Assembly: GCA_965223415.1 (NCBI GenBank)
Contig: OZ245002.1
Span: forward strand, 5,000,757-5,064,756
Reading direction: 5' to 3'
DNA length: 64,000 nucleotides
From: Myxococcota bacterium
GTDB taxonomy: Bacteria; Myxococcota_A; UBA9160; UBA6930
The notes beneath the pieces were generated by a model. That model was not told the DNA's origin and did not search any database. It saw only the letters and a program-made list of their open reading frames with translations. Below, piece after piece: positions 1-8,961 of this stretch; positions within the stretch are counted from its first letter, which is position 1, and every line of letters begins with the position of its first letter. Position numbers and translations under genes: made by a program.

Positions 1-1365
1 GGGGGACTCGAGCTGGAGCGGTGACTCGTCGCCGAGGACTGCGGCTGCCGGCGGCGGCGCGGCTTCGGCCGCCGGGTCCGGCTCCAGCACGGGCCCGGGC
101 CCGACCGCCTCCGTGACATCCCCGCCTTGCTCGGATCGCATCTCGACGAGGGGCTCTGCCGCAGGCGTTTCTGCCACCTCGAGGGCGGCCTCCAGAGGCT
201 CCTCGGGGAGATCGGCCGGCTCCGGGGCTGTCGTCCCCGGCGGCACGCGGACCTCGGGCTCGGAGATGGAAGCCGCAGCCGGTGCCTCGGCGGCGCGTTC
301 GGGTGGGCGCGGGTCCGAGGGCCCCGAGCGCAGGGCGAAGATGAGCCCGAAGCCCAGGAGCATCGATCCCAGCAGGAGCGGCAGATGGCGGCGCAGCCCG
401 CCCCGCTGCGTGGTGGGCGGGCTGGGCCGGGTCGGGGGAGGCCCGGGGACACGAGGCGCCGAGGGCGCGACGACGCGCTCGGCCCGCCACTCGAACGCGG
501 CGGTCTCGGAAGGCGGTGCCGCGGCCAGGGCCTCCCCCGGAGGCTCGACGAGAGGTGCCTCCTCCTCGGCGGCCCTCCCCGTCTCCTCCACCTCGAGCCA
601 CTGCTCCCGCCGGGCGAAGCGGTCGCGGTCCGCCTCCGGGCGACCGCGCAAGAACTGGACCGCGAGGGCGTGCAGCTCGCGGGGGAGCCCGCCCGACTCG
701 CGGTGGAGCCAGGAGACCACGGGCTCCGCGAACCGCTCGCGCACGACGGCGGTGGCGCCGCTCGCCCGCAGGCGCTCCGCCACGTAGGCGTGGGTTTCCT
801 CCTCGGTCATCGGGGCGTTGAAGCGCACCAGGGCGACCTCGGCGCCCAGAGCCGCGAGGACGCGGCCGGCGCGGGAATCGTCGATCGGCACCGCGAGCAC
901 GCGCAGGGCGCCTTCCGACTGGCGCGCCAGGTCGCCGATCGCCCGGGCCGTCTCGATCGGGAGCCCGCTCGCGTCGTCGATGGCAAGCAGGAGGCCGCGG
1001 CCGGTCTCGGCACGGGCATGGGCGGCCTCCAGTAGCGCGCCGCCGGGGTCCGAGTAGGGCCCCTGGTCCTCCCCCAGGAGGCCCAAGACCCAATGACAGA
1101 GATCGTCCAGCTCCACCGCCGCATAGGGCAGGACGAGCACCTCGGCCTCGTTCTCGAGCCGCGACGCCAGGACCCGCAGGAGCTGGGTCTTCCCGATCCC
1201 ATTGGGTCCGACCAGCGCGATGCACGGAGCGCCGCGCCGATGGGCGGCCTGGAGCTCTTCGAGGGCACGCTCGCAGGCCGGCCGCGGGATGTAGCCCTCG
1301 GCGCCGGTCGTGAGGGCGAAGGGGTCGGCGCCCGCCGGGAGCGCGGGCTCGTCGCTCGTCGTCAT
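1..1365 (-). CDS. ExeA/GspA-like AAA ATPase, membrane-anchored, 3'-partial (continues past the left window edge)
   Basis: Absent from the ORF track because no stop is reached. Manual minus-strand translation from ATG 1365-1363 gives MTTSDEPALPAGADPFALTTGAEGYIPRPACERALEELQAAHRRGAPCIALVGPNGIGKTQLLRVLASRLE... Walker A is GPNGIGKT and a Walker B-like LLLAIDDASG follows. Later comes a TM-like LPLLLGSMLLGFGLIFAL and a Pro/Ala/Glu-rich tail. Third codon positions are almost all G/C. Confidence 0.7.
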   Translation of the reverse strand, partial: MTTSDEPALPAGADPFALTTGAEGYIPRPACERALEELQAAHRRGAPCIALVGPNGIGKTQLLRVLASRLENEAEVLVLPYAAVELDDLCHWVLGLLGEDQGPYSDPGGALLEAAHARAETGRGLLLAIDDASGLPIETARAIGDLARQSEGALRVLAVPIDDSRAGRVLAALGAEVALVRFNAPMTEEETHAYVAERLRASGATAVVRERFAEPVVSWLHRESGGLPRELHALAVQFLRGRPEADRDRFARREQWLEVEETGRAAEEEAPLVEPPGEALAAAPPSETAAFEWRAERVVAPSAPRVPGPPPTRPSPPTTQRGGLRRHLPLLLGSMLLGFGLIFALRSGPSDPRPPERAAEAPAAASISEPEVRVPPGTTAPEPADLPEEPLEAALEVAETPAAEPLVEMRSEQGGDVTEAVGPGPVLEPDPAAEAAPPPAAAVLGDESPLQLESP

Positions 1366-1383
1366 GGGGAGATGCGCCGCCGC

Positions 1384-1770
1384 CTACAGGAGCGCACGGA
1401 TCTCCTGGAGCTCGCCGCGGATCCGCTTCAGCTCCGCCCGCGGATCGGCTTCCAGGGCCATCTCGAGCTGCGGTGTGTCGAGGGCCCGGCCGACGCCGAG
1501 CTCCCGCAGCTTCTTGCGCGCCCCGGCGATGGTGAAGCGCTCCTCGTAGAGCAGGCGCTTGATCAGCTGGATGATCTCGATGTCGCGCTTGCGATAGAGC
1601 CGCTGCTTCGAGCGCGATTTCGCCGGCGCCATCCAGCGGAACTCGGATTCCCAGTAGCGGAGCACGTAGGGCTTCACGTCGGTGATCCGGCTGACCTCGC
1701 CGATGCGGTAGTAGAGCTTCTCGCCGCTCTCTCCGCCGTCGCCCTTCGCACTGCCGTGCTTCTTCGCCAC
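1384..1770 (-). CDS. MerR-family transcriptional regulator
   Basis: 128 aa. N-terminal HTH YYRIGEVSRITDVKPYVLRYWESEF is typical of MerR-type DNA-binding domains. It lies directly downstream of ihfA. Confidence 0.85.
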   Translation of the reverse strand: MAKKHGSAKGDGGESGEKLYYRIGEVSRITDVKPYVLRYWESEFRWMAPAKSRSKQRLYRKRDIEIIQLIKRLLYEERFTIAGARKKLRELGVGRALDTPQLEMALEADPRAELKRIRGELQEIRALL

Positions 1771-1815
1771 GCTCCCCCCTTCTTCCCGGCCGGTCGACCG
1801 GGAAAGACGCGTTGG

Positions 1816-2130
1816 CTAGACCTCGCCGCCCTGGGCCGTCTCGCTCCGGGCGCCGTCCTCGTTCAGCACATTCTTTAGCACGAGGCTGGGCTTGAAGGTG
1901 AGCACCCGCCGCGCGGCCAGGCGGATCTCCTCGCCGGTCTGCGGGTTGCGCCCCTTGCGGGCGTTCTTCTGGCGAACCACGAAGTTCCCGAAGCCCGAGA
2001 TCTTGACCTTCTCCCCCTCCGCGAGGGTCTCCTTGATGATGTCGAAGACCTTCTCCACCAGCTCCGCGGACTCCTTCTTCGAGAAGCCCACGCGCTCGTA
2101 GATGTGCTCGACGATGTCGGCTTTGGTCAC
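1816..2130 (-). CDS. ihfA: integration host factor alpha subunit (HU/IHF family)
   Basis: 104 aa. MTKADIVEHIYERVGFSKKESAELVEKVF...ISGFGNFVVRQKNARKGRNPQTGEEI matches the IHF-alpha beta-arm signature. It occupies the classical position after pheT. Confidence 0.9.
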   Translation of the reverse strand: MTKADIVEHIYERVGFSKKESAELVEKVFDIIKETLAEGEKVKISGFGNFVVRQKNARKGRNPQTGEEIRLAARRVLTFKPSLVLKNVLNEDGARSETAQGGEV

Positions 2131-2197
2131 GCTCTCTCCCCCTTCCCTGCGTCCCCGAGCCTAACGGAGCCGGATCCGGAGACCCATCGCCTCCGGG

Positions 2198-4606
2198 TCA
2201 CCGGAGCTCCGCCCCGAAACGCTCGGACAGGACCTGAACGACGCGCTCGATGGCCTGGGCCACCTCGGCGTCCGTGAGTGTGCGGTCGGTGCGCTGGAAG
2301 TGCATCCGGAAGGCCAGGCTGAGCTTGCCCTCGGGGACGCCGCGTCCCTCGTAGCGATCGAACAGATGCACCGAGTGCAGGGAGGCGCCGGCCTTCTTGC
2401 GCACGGCCTGGAGCAGCTCGCCCGCCGGCGTGCCGGCATCGACCAGCAGGGCCAGGTCGCGCCGGACCCGCGGGTGCCGGGACACCTCCTGGTAGCGCCG
2501 GGGCTCCGGGGCCAGGCCGTCCAGGGCGTCGAGATCCACCACGAGCACCGCCGTCGGCACATCGATCTCGAAGTGGGCGGCGGTCTCCGGGTGGAGCTCG
2601 CCCACGCAGGCCACGAGGCGGCCCTGGACGCGGAGCTCGCCGGCGGCGCCCGGGTGCAGGAAGGGCTCGTCCGAGCCGGCGCGGAACTCCGGGCGCCGTC
2701 CGAGCTCGGCCAGGAGCCGCTCGCCCGTGCCCTTGGCCCGGAAGAAGACGGGGACGTCGCCGCTTCCCCACAGATCGTCGCCGCCGCTATCGGAGATCGC
2801 AGCGACGGCCTGGAGGGGCTCGCGTTCGTGCCAGGCCTCCGGGCGATCGGTGCCACCCTGGAAGACGCGGCTTACCTCGTAGAGCGCCACCCGCTCGGCC
2901 TGGCGGGCCCGGTTGGCGCGAACGGCGCGGAGGACCGAGGGCAGGAGATGGGTGCGCAGCACCGAATCGCCGGCCTGGATCGGGTTCACTAGGGGGACGT
3001 GCGCGCGCCGCGGATCGTCCGGGGCCAGGCGCAGGCCGTCGTCGTCGGCGGGCGGGCAGCCCGGGAAGGTCATGACCTCGGCCAGACCCGCGCCGACCAG
3101 GGCGTCCCGGACGGCCTCACGGGTGCGCCGGCGCGGAGCGACGCGGACGCCGGCTAGGGGGCCGCTCGGAAGCGTGGGCTCGATGGCGTCGTAGCCGAAG
3201 ACCCGCGCCACCTCCTCGACCAGGTCGGCCGGCAGGTGCAGGTCGCTCCGCCAGCTCGGCGGCTGGCAGCGGAGGGCGTCCCCCGCTGGCTCGCAGGCGA
3301 CGTCGACCTGGGCGAGCAGCCCGGCGATCTCGTCCCGTCCCAGGGCGGTGCCGAGCAGGCGGTTCACCCCCTCTGGCGAGAGATCGATGGCGCCGGCCCG
3401 CGGCGCGGGATCACCCAGCGCCTCCACCGGGCCGCGGGAGACCTCCCCGCCGGCCAGCTCCACGATTAGCCGCGCCGCCCGATCGGCGGCGCGCCCCTGC
3501 CCCTCCGGGTCGACGCCGCGCTCGAAGCGGTAGGAGGCGTCGCTCCGCAGGGCCAGGCGCTTGGCCGTCCGGCGCACCCGGGAGGGATCGAAGTGGGCGC
3601 TCTCGAGCAGCAGGCTCGTCGTCTCGTCGCCGACCTCGCTCTCGGCACTACCCATCACCCCGGCGATGGCGATGGCGCCCTCCCCATCGGCGATCACCAG
3701 GTCCTCCCGGCGCAGCTCCCGATCCTCGCCGTCGAGAGTGAGGATCTTCTCGCCGTCGTCGGCGGCGCGCACGCACACGGCGCCGCCCCGCAGCTTGTCC
3801 AGGTCGAAGGCGTGGAGCGGTTGGCCGAGCTCCAGCATCACGAGGTTCGTCGCGTCGACGACGTTGTTGACCGAGCGGAGGCCGGCGGCCTCGAGCCGCT
3901 GCTGCAGCCATTCCGGCGACGGGCCCACTCGCACGCCCCGGACCACGCGCCCGACGTAGCGGTGGCAGCCAGCGGCGTCCTCGATGGCAATGGCCACGTC
4001 CTCGCTGGCTTCCCGGTCGCCCTCGCTCACGTCGCAGGGCGGCAGGGTGAGCTCCCCGCCGAAGTGGGTCTGCACCTCGCGGGCCATGCCGAGCATCGAC
4101 ACCCAGTCGCCGCGGTTCGGTGTGATCTCCACGTCGAGCACGGTCTCGCCGCTGGGCAGCACCTGGTCGAGAGGTGCTCCGATCGGTGCCTCGGCGTCGA
4201 GCACGAGGATGCCTTCGTGCCCGTCGCCCAGGCCGAGCTCGCTCTCGGAGCAGATCATGCCGTGGGACTTCACGCCGCGGATCTTCGAGCGCTTGATCTT
4301 GAGGCCGCCCGGCAGGACGGTGCCGTGGGTGGCCACCGCCACCCGCTGGCCGGCGGCGACGTTCGGCGCGCCACACACGATCTCGAGGGGCTCGCCCTCG
4401 CCCACGTCCACCGCGCAGACCGAGAGACGATCTGCGTCCGGGTGCTGGGCCCGCTCGAGGACGTGGCCGACGCGGAGGGCCGACAGGTCGGCTCCGGTCA
4501 GGGTCACGTCCTCGATCTCGAGCCCGCCGACGGTGAGGCGCTCTTCGAGGGCCCCGCGCTCCGGCAGCGGGATCCACTCGGCGAGCCAGCCCAAGGGAAC
4601 CTTCAT
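2198..4606 (-). CDS. pheT: phenylalanine--tRNA ligase beta subunit
   Basis: The ORF 2198..4792 contains an internal ATG at 4606 giving MKVPLGWLAEWIPLP, the typical PheT N-terminus. Its start overlaps the pheS stop (TGATG). tRNA-binding, B3/4 and B5 region sequence is present throughout. Confidence 0.95.
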   Translation of the reverse strand: MKVPLGWLAEWIPLPERGALEERLTVGGLEIEDVTLTGADLSALRVGHVLERAQHPDADRLSVCAVDVGEGEPLEIVCGAPNVAAGQRVAVATHGTVLPGGLKIKRSKIRGVKSHGMICSESELGLGDGHEGILVLDAEAPIGAPLDQVLPSGETVLDVEITPNRGDWVSMLGMAREVQTHFGGELTLPPCDVSEGDREASEDVAIAIEDAAGCHRYVGRVVRGVRVGPSPEWLQQRLEAAGLRSVNNVVDATNLVMLELGQPLHAFDLDKLRGGAVCVRAADDGEKILTLDGEDRELRREDLVIADGEGAIAIAGVMGSAESEVGDETTSLLLESAHFDPSRVRRTAKRLALRSDASYRFERGVDPEGQGRAADRAARLIVELAGGEVSRGPVEALGDPAPRAGAIDLSPEGVNRLLGTALGRDEIAGLLAQVDVACEPAGDALRCQPPSWRSDLHLPADLVEEVARVFGYDAIEPTLPSGPLAGVRVAPRRRTREAVRDALVGAGLAEVMTFPGCPPADDDGLRLAPDDPRRAHVPLVNPIQAGDSVLRTHLLPSVLRAVRANRARQAERVALYEVSRVFQGGTDRPEAWHEREPLQAVAAISDSGGDDLWGSGDVPVFFRAKGTGERLLAELGRRPEFRAGSDEPFLHPGAAGELRVQGRLVACVGELHPETAAHFEIDVPTAVLVVDLDALDGLAPEPRRYQEVSRHPRVRRDLALLVDAGTPAGELLQAVRKKAGASLHSVHLFDRYEGRGVPEGKLSLAFRMHFQRTDRTLTDAEVAQAIERVVQVLSERFGAELR

Positions 4607-5595
4607 CAGAACTGCTCGACGGTCCGGACGTCGCCGTCGAAGAAGAGCTGGATGTTGGGGATGTCCCAACGGATCATCGCCGTGCGGTCGATGCCCATGC
4701 CGAAGGCGAAGCCCTGGTAGCGCTCGGGATCGATGCCGCAGTTCAGCAGCACCCGCGGGTGGATCATCCCGCAGCCGCCCCACTCGAGCCATCGCCCGCC
4801 CCAGCCGATGTCGATCTCGGCCGAGGGCTCGGTGAAGGGGAAGAAGTGGGCGCGAAAGCGCATCTCGGTGCTATCGCCGAACAGGTGCCGGGCGAAGGCG
4901 AAGAGCGTGCCCTTCAGATCGGCGAAGGTCGTGCGCTCGTCGACGCAGACCGCCTCGATCTGGTGGAACATCGGGTAGTGGGTGCCGTCGAGGTCGTGGC
5001 GGTAGACCCGCCCCGGCGAGACGAAGCGGAACGGGGGCTTGCGGCCGCTCATGGCCCGGATCTGCACGTTCGAAGTGTGGGTGCGCAGGACGTTGCCGCC
5101 GGGCACGAAGAAGGTGTCCTGCATGTCGCGGGCGGGATGGTCCTCGGGGAAGTTCAGGCCGCCGAAATTGTTCCAGTCCGTCTCGAGCTCGGGGCCGTCC
5201 TCGATGCCGTAGCCGAGCTCGGCGAAGAAGGCGCACATCTCCCGCTCGATCTGGGTGGTCGGGTGCAGGTGGCCCCTCGGCGGGGCGAAGCCCGGGAGCG
5301 TCACGTCGAGCTTGTGCTCGACGATCTCCCGCTCACGGTCCGCGCTCTCGAGGGCCTCCTTGCGGGCCGCCGCCCAGGCCTCGATCCGCTCCTTGGCCCG
5401 ATTGGCCGCCTGCCCGACGGCGGCTCGCTCCGCTCCGGAGAGGCTGCCGATGCTGCGCAGCACCGCCGAGACCGAACCCTTCTTGCCGAGGAAGCTCGCC
5501 CGCACCTCGGCCAGGGCCTGGACGGAGCTCGCCTCGCCGAGGGCCTGCTCGGCAAGGGCGACCACGCGCTCCAGGTTCTCCTCGGCGGCGGACAA
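4606..5595 (-). CDS. pheS: phenylalanine--tRNA ligase alpha subunit
   Basis: The conserved core runs FLGKKGSV...HPTTQ...FPEDHPARDMQDTFF...FRFVSPGRVYR. The N-terminus of the listed ORF overlaps rplT. The first in-frame start after the rplT stop is TTG at 5595-5593, so the start is moderately uncertain. Confidence 0.9.
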   Translation of the reverse strand: MSAAEENLERVVALAEQALGEASSVQALAEVRASFLGKKGSVSAVLRSIGSLSGAERAAVGQAANRAKERIEAWAAARKEALESADREREIVEHKLDVTLPGFAPPRGHLHPTTQIEREMCAFFAELGYGIEDGPELETDWNNFGGLNFPEDHPARDMQDTFFVPGGNVLRTHTSNVQIRAMSGRKPPFRFVSPGRVYRHDLDGTHYPMFHQIEAVCVDERTTFADLKGTLFAFARHLFGDSTEMRFRAHFFPFTEPSAEIDIGWGGRWLEWGGCGMIHPRVLLNCGIDPERYQGFAFGMGIDRTAMIRWDIPNIQLFFDGDVRTVEQF

Positions 5596-5599
5596 GGCG

Positions 5600-5956
5600 C
5601 TAGGCGACCTGGGACTTCGCCAGCTTCGCCAGCTCCGCGAAGGCCGCCGGATCGGAGACGGCCAGGTCGGCCAGGTTCTTGCGATCGATCTCCACGCCGG
5701 CCAGGCCGAGGCCGTGGATGAGGCGGCTGTAGGAGAGGTCGTTCTCGCGGGCCGCCGCATTGATGCGGGCGATCCACAGCGAGCGGAACTCGCGCTTCTT
5801 CGCCTTGCGGTCGCGGTAGCCGTACTTCCAGCCCTTCTCCACCGCCTCGCGGGCGGTCTTGATCAGCCGGTGGCGGGTGCCCTGGTATCCCTTGGCGGCC
5901 CGCAGCACCCGCTTGTGTCGGGCGTGGGAGGCCTTGCCTCGCTTCACTCGCGGCAT
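5600..5956 (-). CDS. rplT: 50S ribosomal protein L20
   Basis: 118 aa. [68 protein letters not shown] is canonical L20. Confidence 0.97.
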   Translation of the reverse strand: MPRVKRGKASHARHKRVLRAAKGYQGTRHRLIKTAREAVEKGWKYGYRDRKAKKREFRSLWIARINAAARENDLSYSRLIHGLGLAGVEIDRKNLADLAVSDPAAFAELAKLAKSQVA

Positions 5957-5980
5957 CGTTCTTCTCCCTCTGCCCGTTCC

Positions 5981-6178
5981 CTAGAGGTAGGGGACGAGCT
6001 GCTTCACGCGCTTCTTGTCGGCAGCGGAGATCTCGCCCACCTCGCGCAGGTGGCGCTTCCGCTTCGTCCGCATCTTGGTGAGGATGTGGCGCTTGTTGCG
6101 TTTCTGGTGCCGGAGCTTTCCGGTCCCTGACTTCTTGAGGCGCTTGGCGGCGCCCCGGTGGGATTTCATCTTGGGCAT
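5981..6178 (-). CDS. rpmI: 50S ribosomal protein L35
   Basis: 65 aa. [33 protein letters not shown] is canonical L35. The start overlaps the infC stop by 1 nt. Confidence 0.97.
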   Translation of the reverse strand: MPKMKSHRGAAKRLKKSGTGKLRHQKRNKRHILTKMRTKRKRHLREVGEISAADKKRVKQLVPYL

Positions 6179-6792
6179 CAGCCCTCTCCTCCTGCTTCGC
6201 TCTGGGCGGCCTCTGCCTCCTTGGCGCGGGCCTCGGCGGCCTCCATCTCCTTGCGGGCGACCTCGACAGCCTCCCGGTTCGGAACCAGCACCATGGAGAG
6301 GAAGCGCCCCGTCATCTGGGGCGGGTTCTCCACCGTCACCAGCTCGCCGAGCAGCTCCTTCACCCGATCGAGCTTGGCGAAGCCGACCTTGCGATGGGCC
6401 ATCTCCCGGCCGCGGAACATGACGGTGATCTTCACCTTGTCGCCGTCGATCAGGAAGCGCCGAGCGTTGTTCACCTTGAACTCGAGGTCGTGGTCGTCCG
6501 TGTTGGGACGCATCTTCACTTCCTTGAGTGCGGCAGCCCGGCCCTTCCCCTTGGCCTTGGCGGCGGCCGCCTTCTTCTTCTGCTCGTACTTGTACTTCCC
6601 GTAATCCATGATCCGGCAGACCGGCGGCCGGGCGTTGGGTGCGACCTCGACCAGGTCGTAACCCTCTTCCTCGGCCCGGGCGCGCGCCTCGTCGGCGGCG
6701 ACCACCCCCAGCTGCTCTCCGTCCGCTCCGATCAGCATGACCTCGCGGACGCGGATCTTCTCGTTGATCCTGACGGCGTCTTTCTCAGCGAT
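6178..6792 (-). CDS. infC: translation initiation factor IF-3, probable non-canonical ATC start
   Basis: The listed ORF starts at [11 protein letters not shown]. The in-frame upstream sequence [18 protein letters not shown] corresponds to the conserved IF-3 N-terminus (E. coli RINGEIRAQEVRL). No ATG/GTG/TTG lies in frame between the thrS stop and 6738. An ATC at 6792-6790 sits 7 nt after GGAGGG. Confidence 0.88.
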   Translation of the reverse strand: MAEKDAVRINEKIRVREVMLIGADGEQLGVVAADEARARAEEEGYDLVEVAPNARPPVCRIMDYGKYKYEQKKKAAAAKAKGKGRAAALKEVKMRPNTDDHDLEFKVNNARRFLIDGDKVKITVMFRGREMAHRKVGFAKLDRVKELLGELVTVENPPQMTGRFLSMVLVPNREAVEVARKEMEAAEARAKEAEAAQSEAGGEG

Positions 6793-6812
6793 ACGAGTAC
6801 CCTCCGGGCGTC

Positions 6813-8750
6813 TCAGACCTGGCGGCGAGCGACTTGCTCGGCCAGATCCGTGACGAATGCATCGACGGACACCGCGTCTCCGCCGCGCTCGGCATCACGC
6901 CGGAAGCGCGGGGTAACGGTGCCCTGCTGCACCTCCTGATCGCCGATCACGGCCATCACGGGGATCTTCTGCAGCTCCGCCTCGCGGATCTTAAAGCCGA
7001 GCTTCTCGGACCGCTCGTCGAGGTGGGCGCGCAGGCCGGCGGCCTCGAGGGCCGCCCGGACCTTGTGGGCGTACTCGGCATGGCGATCGGTGATCGGCAG
7101 CAGCGCCACCTGCACCGGGGCCAGCCAGAGCGGGAAGTCCCCACCGGTGTGCTCGATGTAGAGCGCGAGGAAGCGCTCGATCGAGCCGAGCACGGCCCGG
7201 TGCAGCATCGCGGGCTGGTGGTCGCCGCCGTCGCGGCCGACGTAGCGGAGGCCGAAGCGACCGGGCATGCCCATGTCGACCTGGAGCGTGCCGAGGGTCC
7301 AGGAGCGGCCCAGCACGTCCTTGAAGTCGCAGGCGATCTTGGGACCGTAGAAGGCGGCCTCGCCGGGCTTGATGCCGCACGCGTAGCCCGCCGAGCGCAC
7401 CGCCTCCTCGAGCTGGCGCTCGCCCCGCTCCCAGTCGGCCACCTCGCCGATGAATCCCTCCTCAGGGCGCGTCTCCAGGTTGATCTCCACGCCCTCGAGG
7501 CCGAGGGCGCCGTACACCTCGCTCATCATCTCGAAGAAGCGGTGGATCTCGTTCTCGACCTGGTCGGGCTCGCAGTAGATATGGGCGTCGTCCTGGGCGA
7601 AGGAGCGCACCCGCGCGAGGCCCGTCAGCGTGCCGCTGCGCTCGTTGCGGTGGAGGCGCGAGAACTCCGCCAGCCGAAGGGGCAGCTCGCGGTAGGAACG
7701 CTTCTTCGCGTTGAACAGCCGGCAATGTCCCGGGCAGTTCATGGCCTTGACGCCGAGCTCCTCGCCCTCGTCGGCCCCTTCGAACCAGAACATGTCGTCG
7801 CGGAAGTTGTCGTAGTGGCCGGAGGTCTTGAAGATCTCGGAGCGGAAGAGCTGAGGGAGCATTACCTCCTGGTAGCCGTACTTCGGGTAGAGGGATTTCA
7901 CGAAGTCGACCAGCCCGTTGTAAACGACCATGCCCTTCGGCAGCCAGAAGGGCGAGCCGGGCGAGAGGGGATCGAGGTGGAAGAGCTCGAGCTGGGCGCC
8001 GACGCGCCGGTGGTCGCGCTCCTTCGCCTCCTCGAGGCGCTGAAGGTGCTCCGCCAGCTCCTGCTTCGTGGCGAAGGCGGTGCCGTAGATGCGCTGGAGC
8101 ATCTCGTTGCGCTCGTCGCCCCGCCAGTAGGCGCCGGCGGCCTCGAGCAGGGTGACGGCGCCGATCTGCTTGGTGGTCTGGACGTGGGGGCCGCGGCACA
8201 GGTCCACGAAGTCGCCGTGGCGGAAGAGCGTGATGGTCTCGCCCTCGGGGATGTCGTCGAGGCGCGAGACCTTGAGGTGCTCGCCGGCCTCCAGGAACAG
8301 CCGCTTCGCCTCCTCGCGGCTCACCTCCTCCCGCACGAACTCGCTCTTCTCCTTCACGATCTTGCGCATCTCGGCCTCGATGCGCTCCAGGTCCTCCGGC
8401 GTGAAGGGCTCGGCGACCTTGAAGTCGTACTGGAACTTCTCGCTGTGGTCGGCCCGGCCCGCGTCCACCTGGGCCGCGGGGAAGAGCCGCTTCACCGCGT
8501 CGGCCATGACGTGCTCGGCGGAGTGGCGGATCACGAGGGCGCCCTGGGGGTCCTTCGCCGTCACGATCTCGAGCCGCGCCACGTCGTCGCGGAGAGGGGC
8601 CCGCAGGTCGACCAACTCGCCTTCGATCCGGCCGGCCAGGGCCGCCCGGGCGAGCCCCGCTCCGATCTCCCGCGCGACGTCCAGCACCGTGGCACCCGTG
8701 GGCACGGAGAGCGTCCGACCGTCGGGAAGCCCGACTGCCAGGTTGCTCAT
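6813..8750 (-). CDS. thrS: threonine--tRNA ligase
   Basis: An internal ATG at 8750 gives MSNLAVGLPDGRTLSVPTGATVLDVAREIG (TGS domain). The class II core follows (FRHGDFVDLCRGPH, HRNERSGTLTGLARVRSF, HRAVLGSIERF). The listed N-terminal extension reads through a repeat and tRNA-Val. Confidence 0.95.
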   Translation of the reverse strand: MSNLAVGLPDGRTLSVPTGATVLDVAREIGAGLARAALAGRIEGELVDLRAPLRDDVARLEIVTAKDPQGALVIRHSAEHVMADAVKRLFPAAQVDAGRADHSEKFQYDFKVAEPFTPEDLERIEAEMRKIVKEKSEFVREEVSREEAKRLFLEAGEHLKVSRLDDIPEGETITLFRHGDFVDLCRGPHVQTTKQIGAVTLLEAAGAYWRGDERNEMLQRIYGTAFATKQELAEHLQRLEEAKERDHRRVGAQLELFHLDPLSPGSPFWLPKGMVVYNGLVDFVKSLYPKYGYQEVMLPQLFRSEIFKTSGHYDNFRDDMFWFEGADEGEELGVKAMNCPGHCRLFNAKKRSYRELPLRLAEFSRLHRNERSGTLTGLARVRSFAQDDAHIYCEPDQVENEIHRFFEMMSEVYGALGLEGVEINLETRPEEGFIGEVADWERGERQLEEAVRSAGYACGIKPGEAAFYGPKIACDFKDVLGRSWTLGTLQVDMGMPGRFGLRYVGRDGGDHQPAMLHRAVLGSIERFLALYIEHTGGDFPLWLAPVQVALLPITDRHAEYAHKVRAALEAAGLRAHLDERSEKLGFKIREAELQKIPVMAVIGDQEVQQGTVTPRFRRDAERGGDAVSVDAFVTDLAEQVARRQV

Positions 8751-8760
8751 GTGCGCGGGT

Positions 8761-8826
8761 AGAGGCGGGAATGCATGATGGATCGGTTCGGAGGATCCCC
8801 GCAGAGGCGGGAATGCATGATGGATC
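8761..8826. repeat. perfect 24-bp direct repeat, two copies 42 bp apart, between tRNA-Val and thrS
   Basis: AGAGGCGGGAATGCATGATGGATC occurs at 8761-8784 and again at 8803-8826. Each copy contains the palindrome ATGCAT. Confidence 0.95.
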
Positions 8827-8837
8827 AGCTCGCAGGA

Positions 8838-8913
8838 TGGTAGGCACGGGCGGGGTCGAACCGCCGACCTCCGCCGTGTCAAGGCGGCGCTCTAGCCACT
8901 GAGCTACGTGCCT
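8838..8913 (-). tRNA. tRNA-Val (anticodon GAC)
   Basis: Minus strand reads AGGCACG-TA-GCTC-AGTGGCTA-GAGC-G-CCGCC-TTGACAC-GGCGG-AGGTC-GGCGG-TTCGACC-CCGCC-CGTGCCT-A-CCA. This is a full cloverleaf with a 7-bp acceptor stem, a TTCGA T-loop, anticodon GAC followed by A37, and an encoded CCA. Confidence 0.9.
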
Positions 8914-8961
8914 ATCGGCCAGCTAAGAGCTCGAAATCAGTACCGATTCACCGATTCCGTG

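Noticed and set aside
8751-8882. An N-terminal 44-aa extension of thrS containing the peptide repeat IHHAFPPL twice.
   Set aside because: The extension is translated through the 24-bp DNA repeat and into tRNA-Val. ThrRS homology begins at the ATG at 8750.
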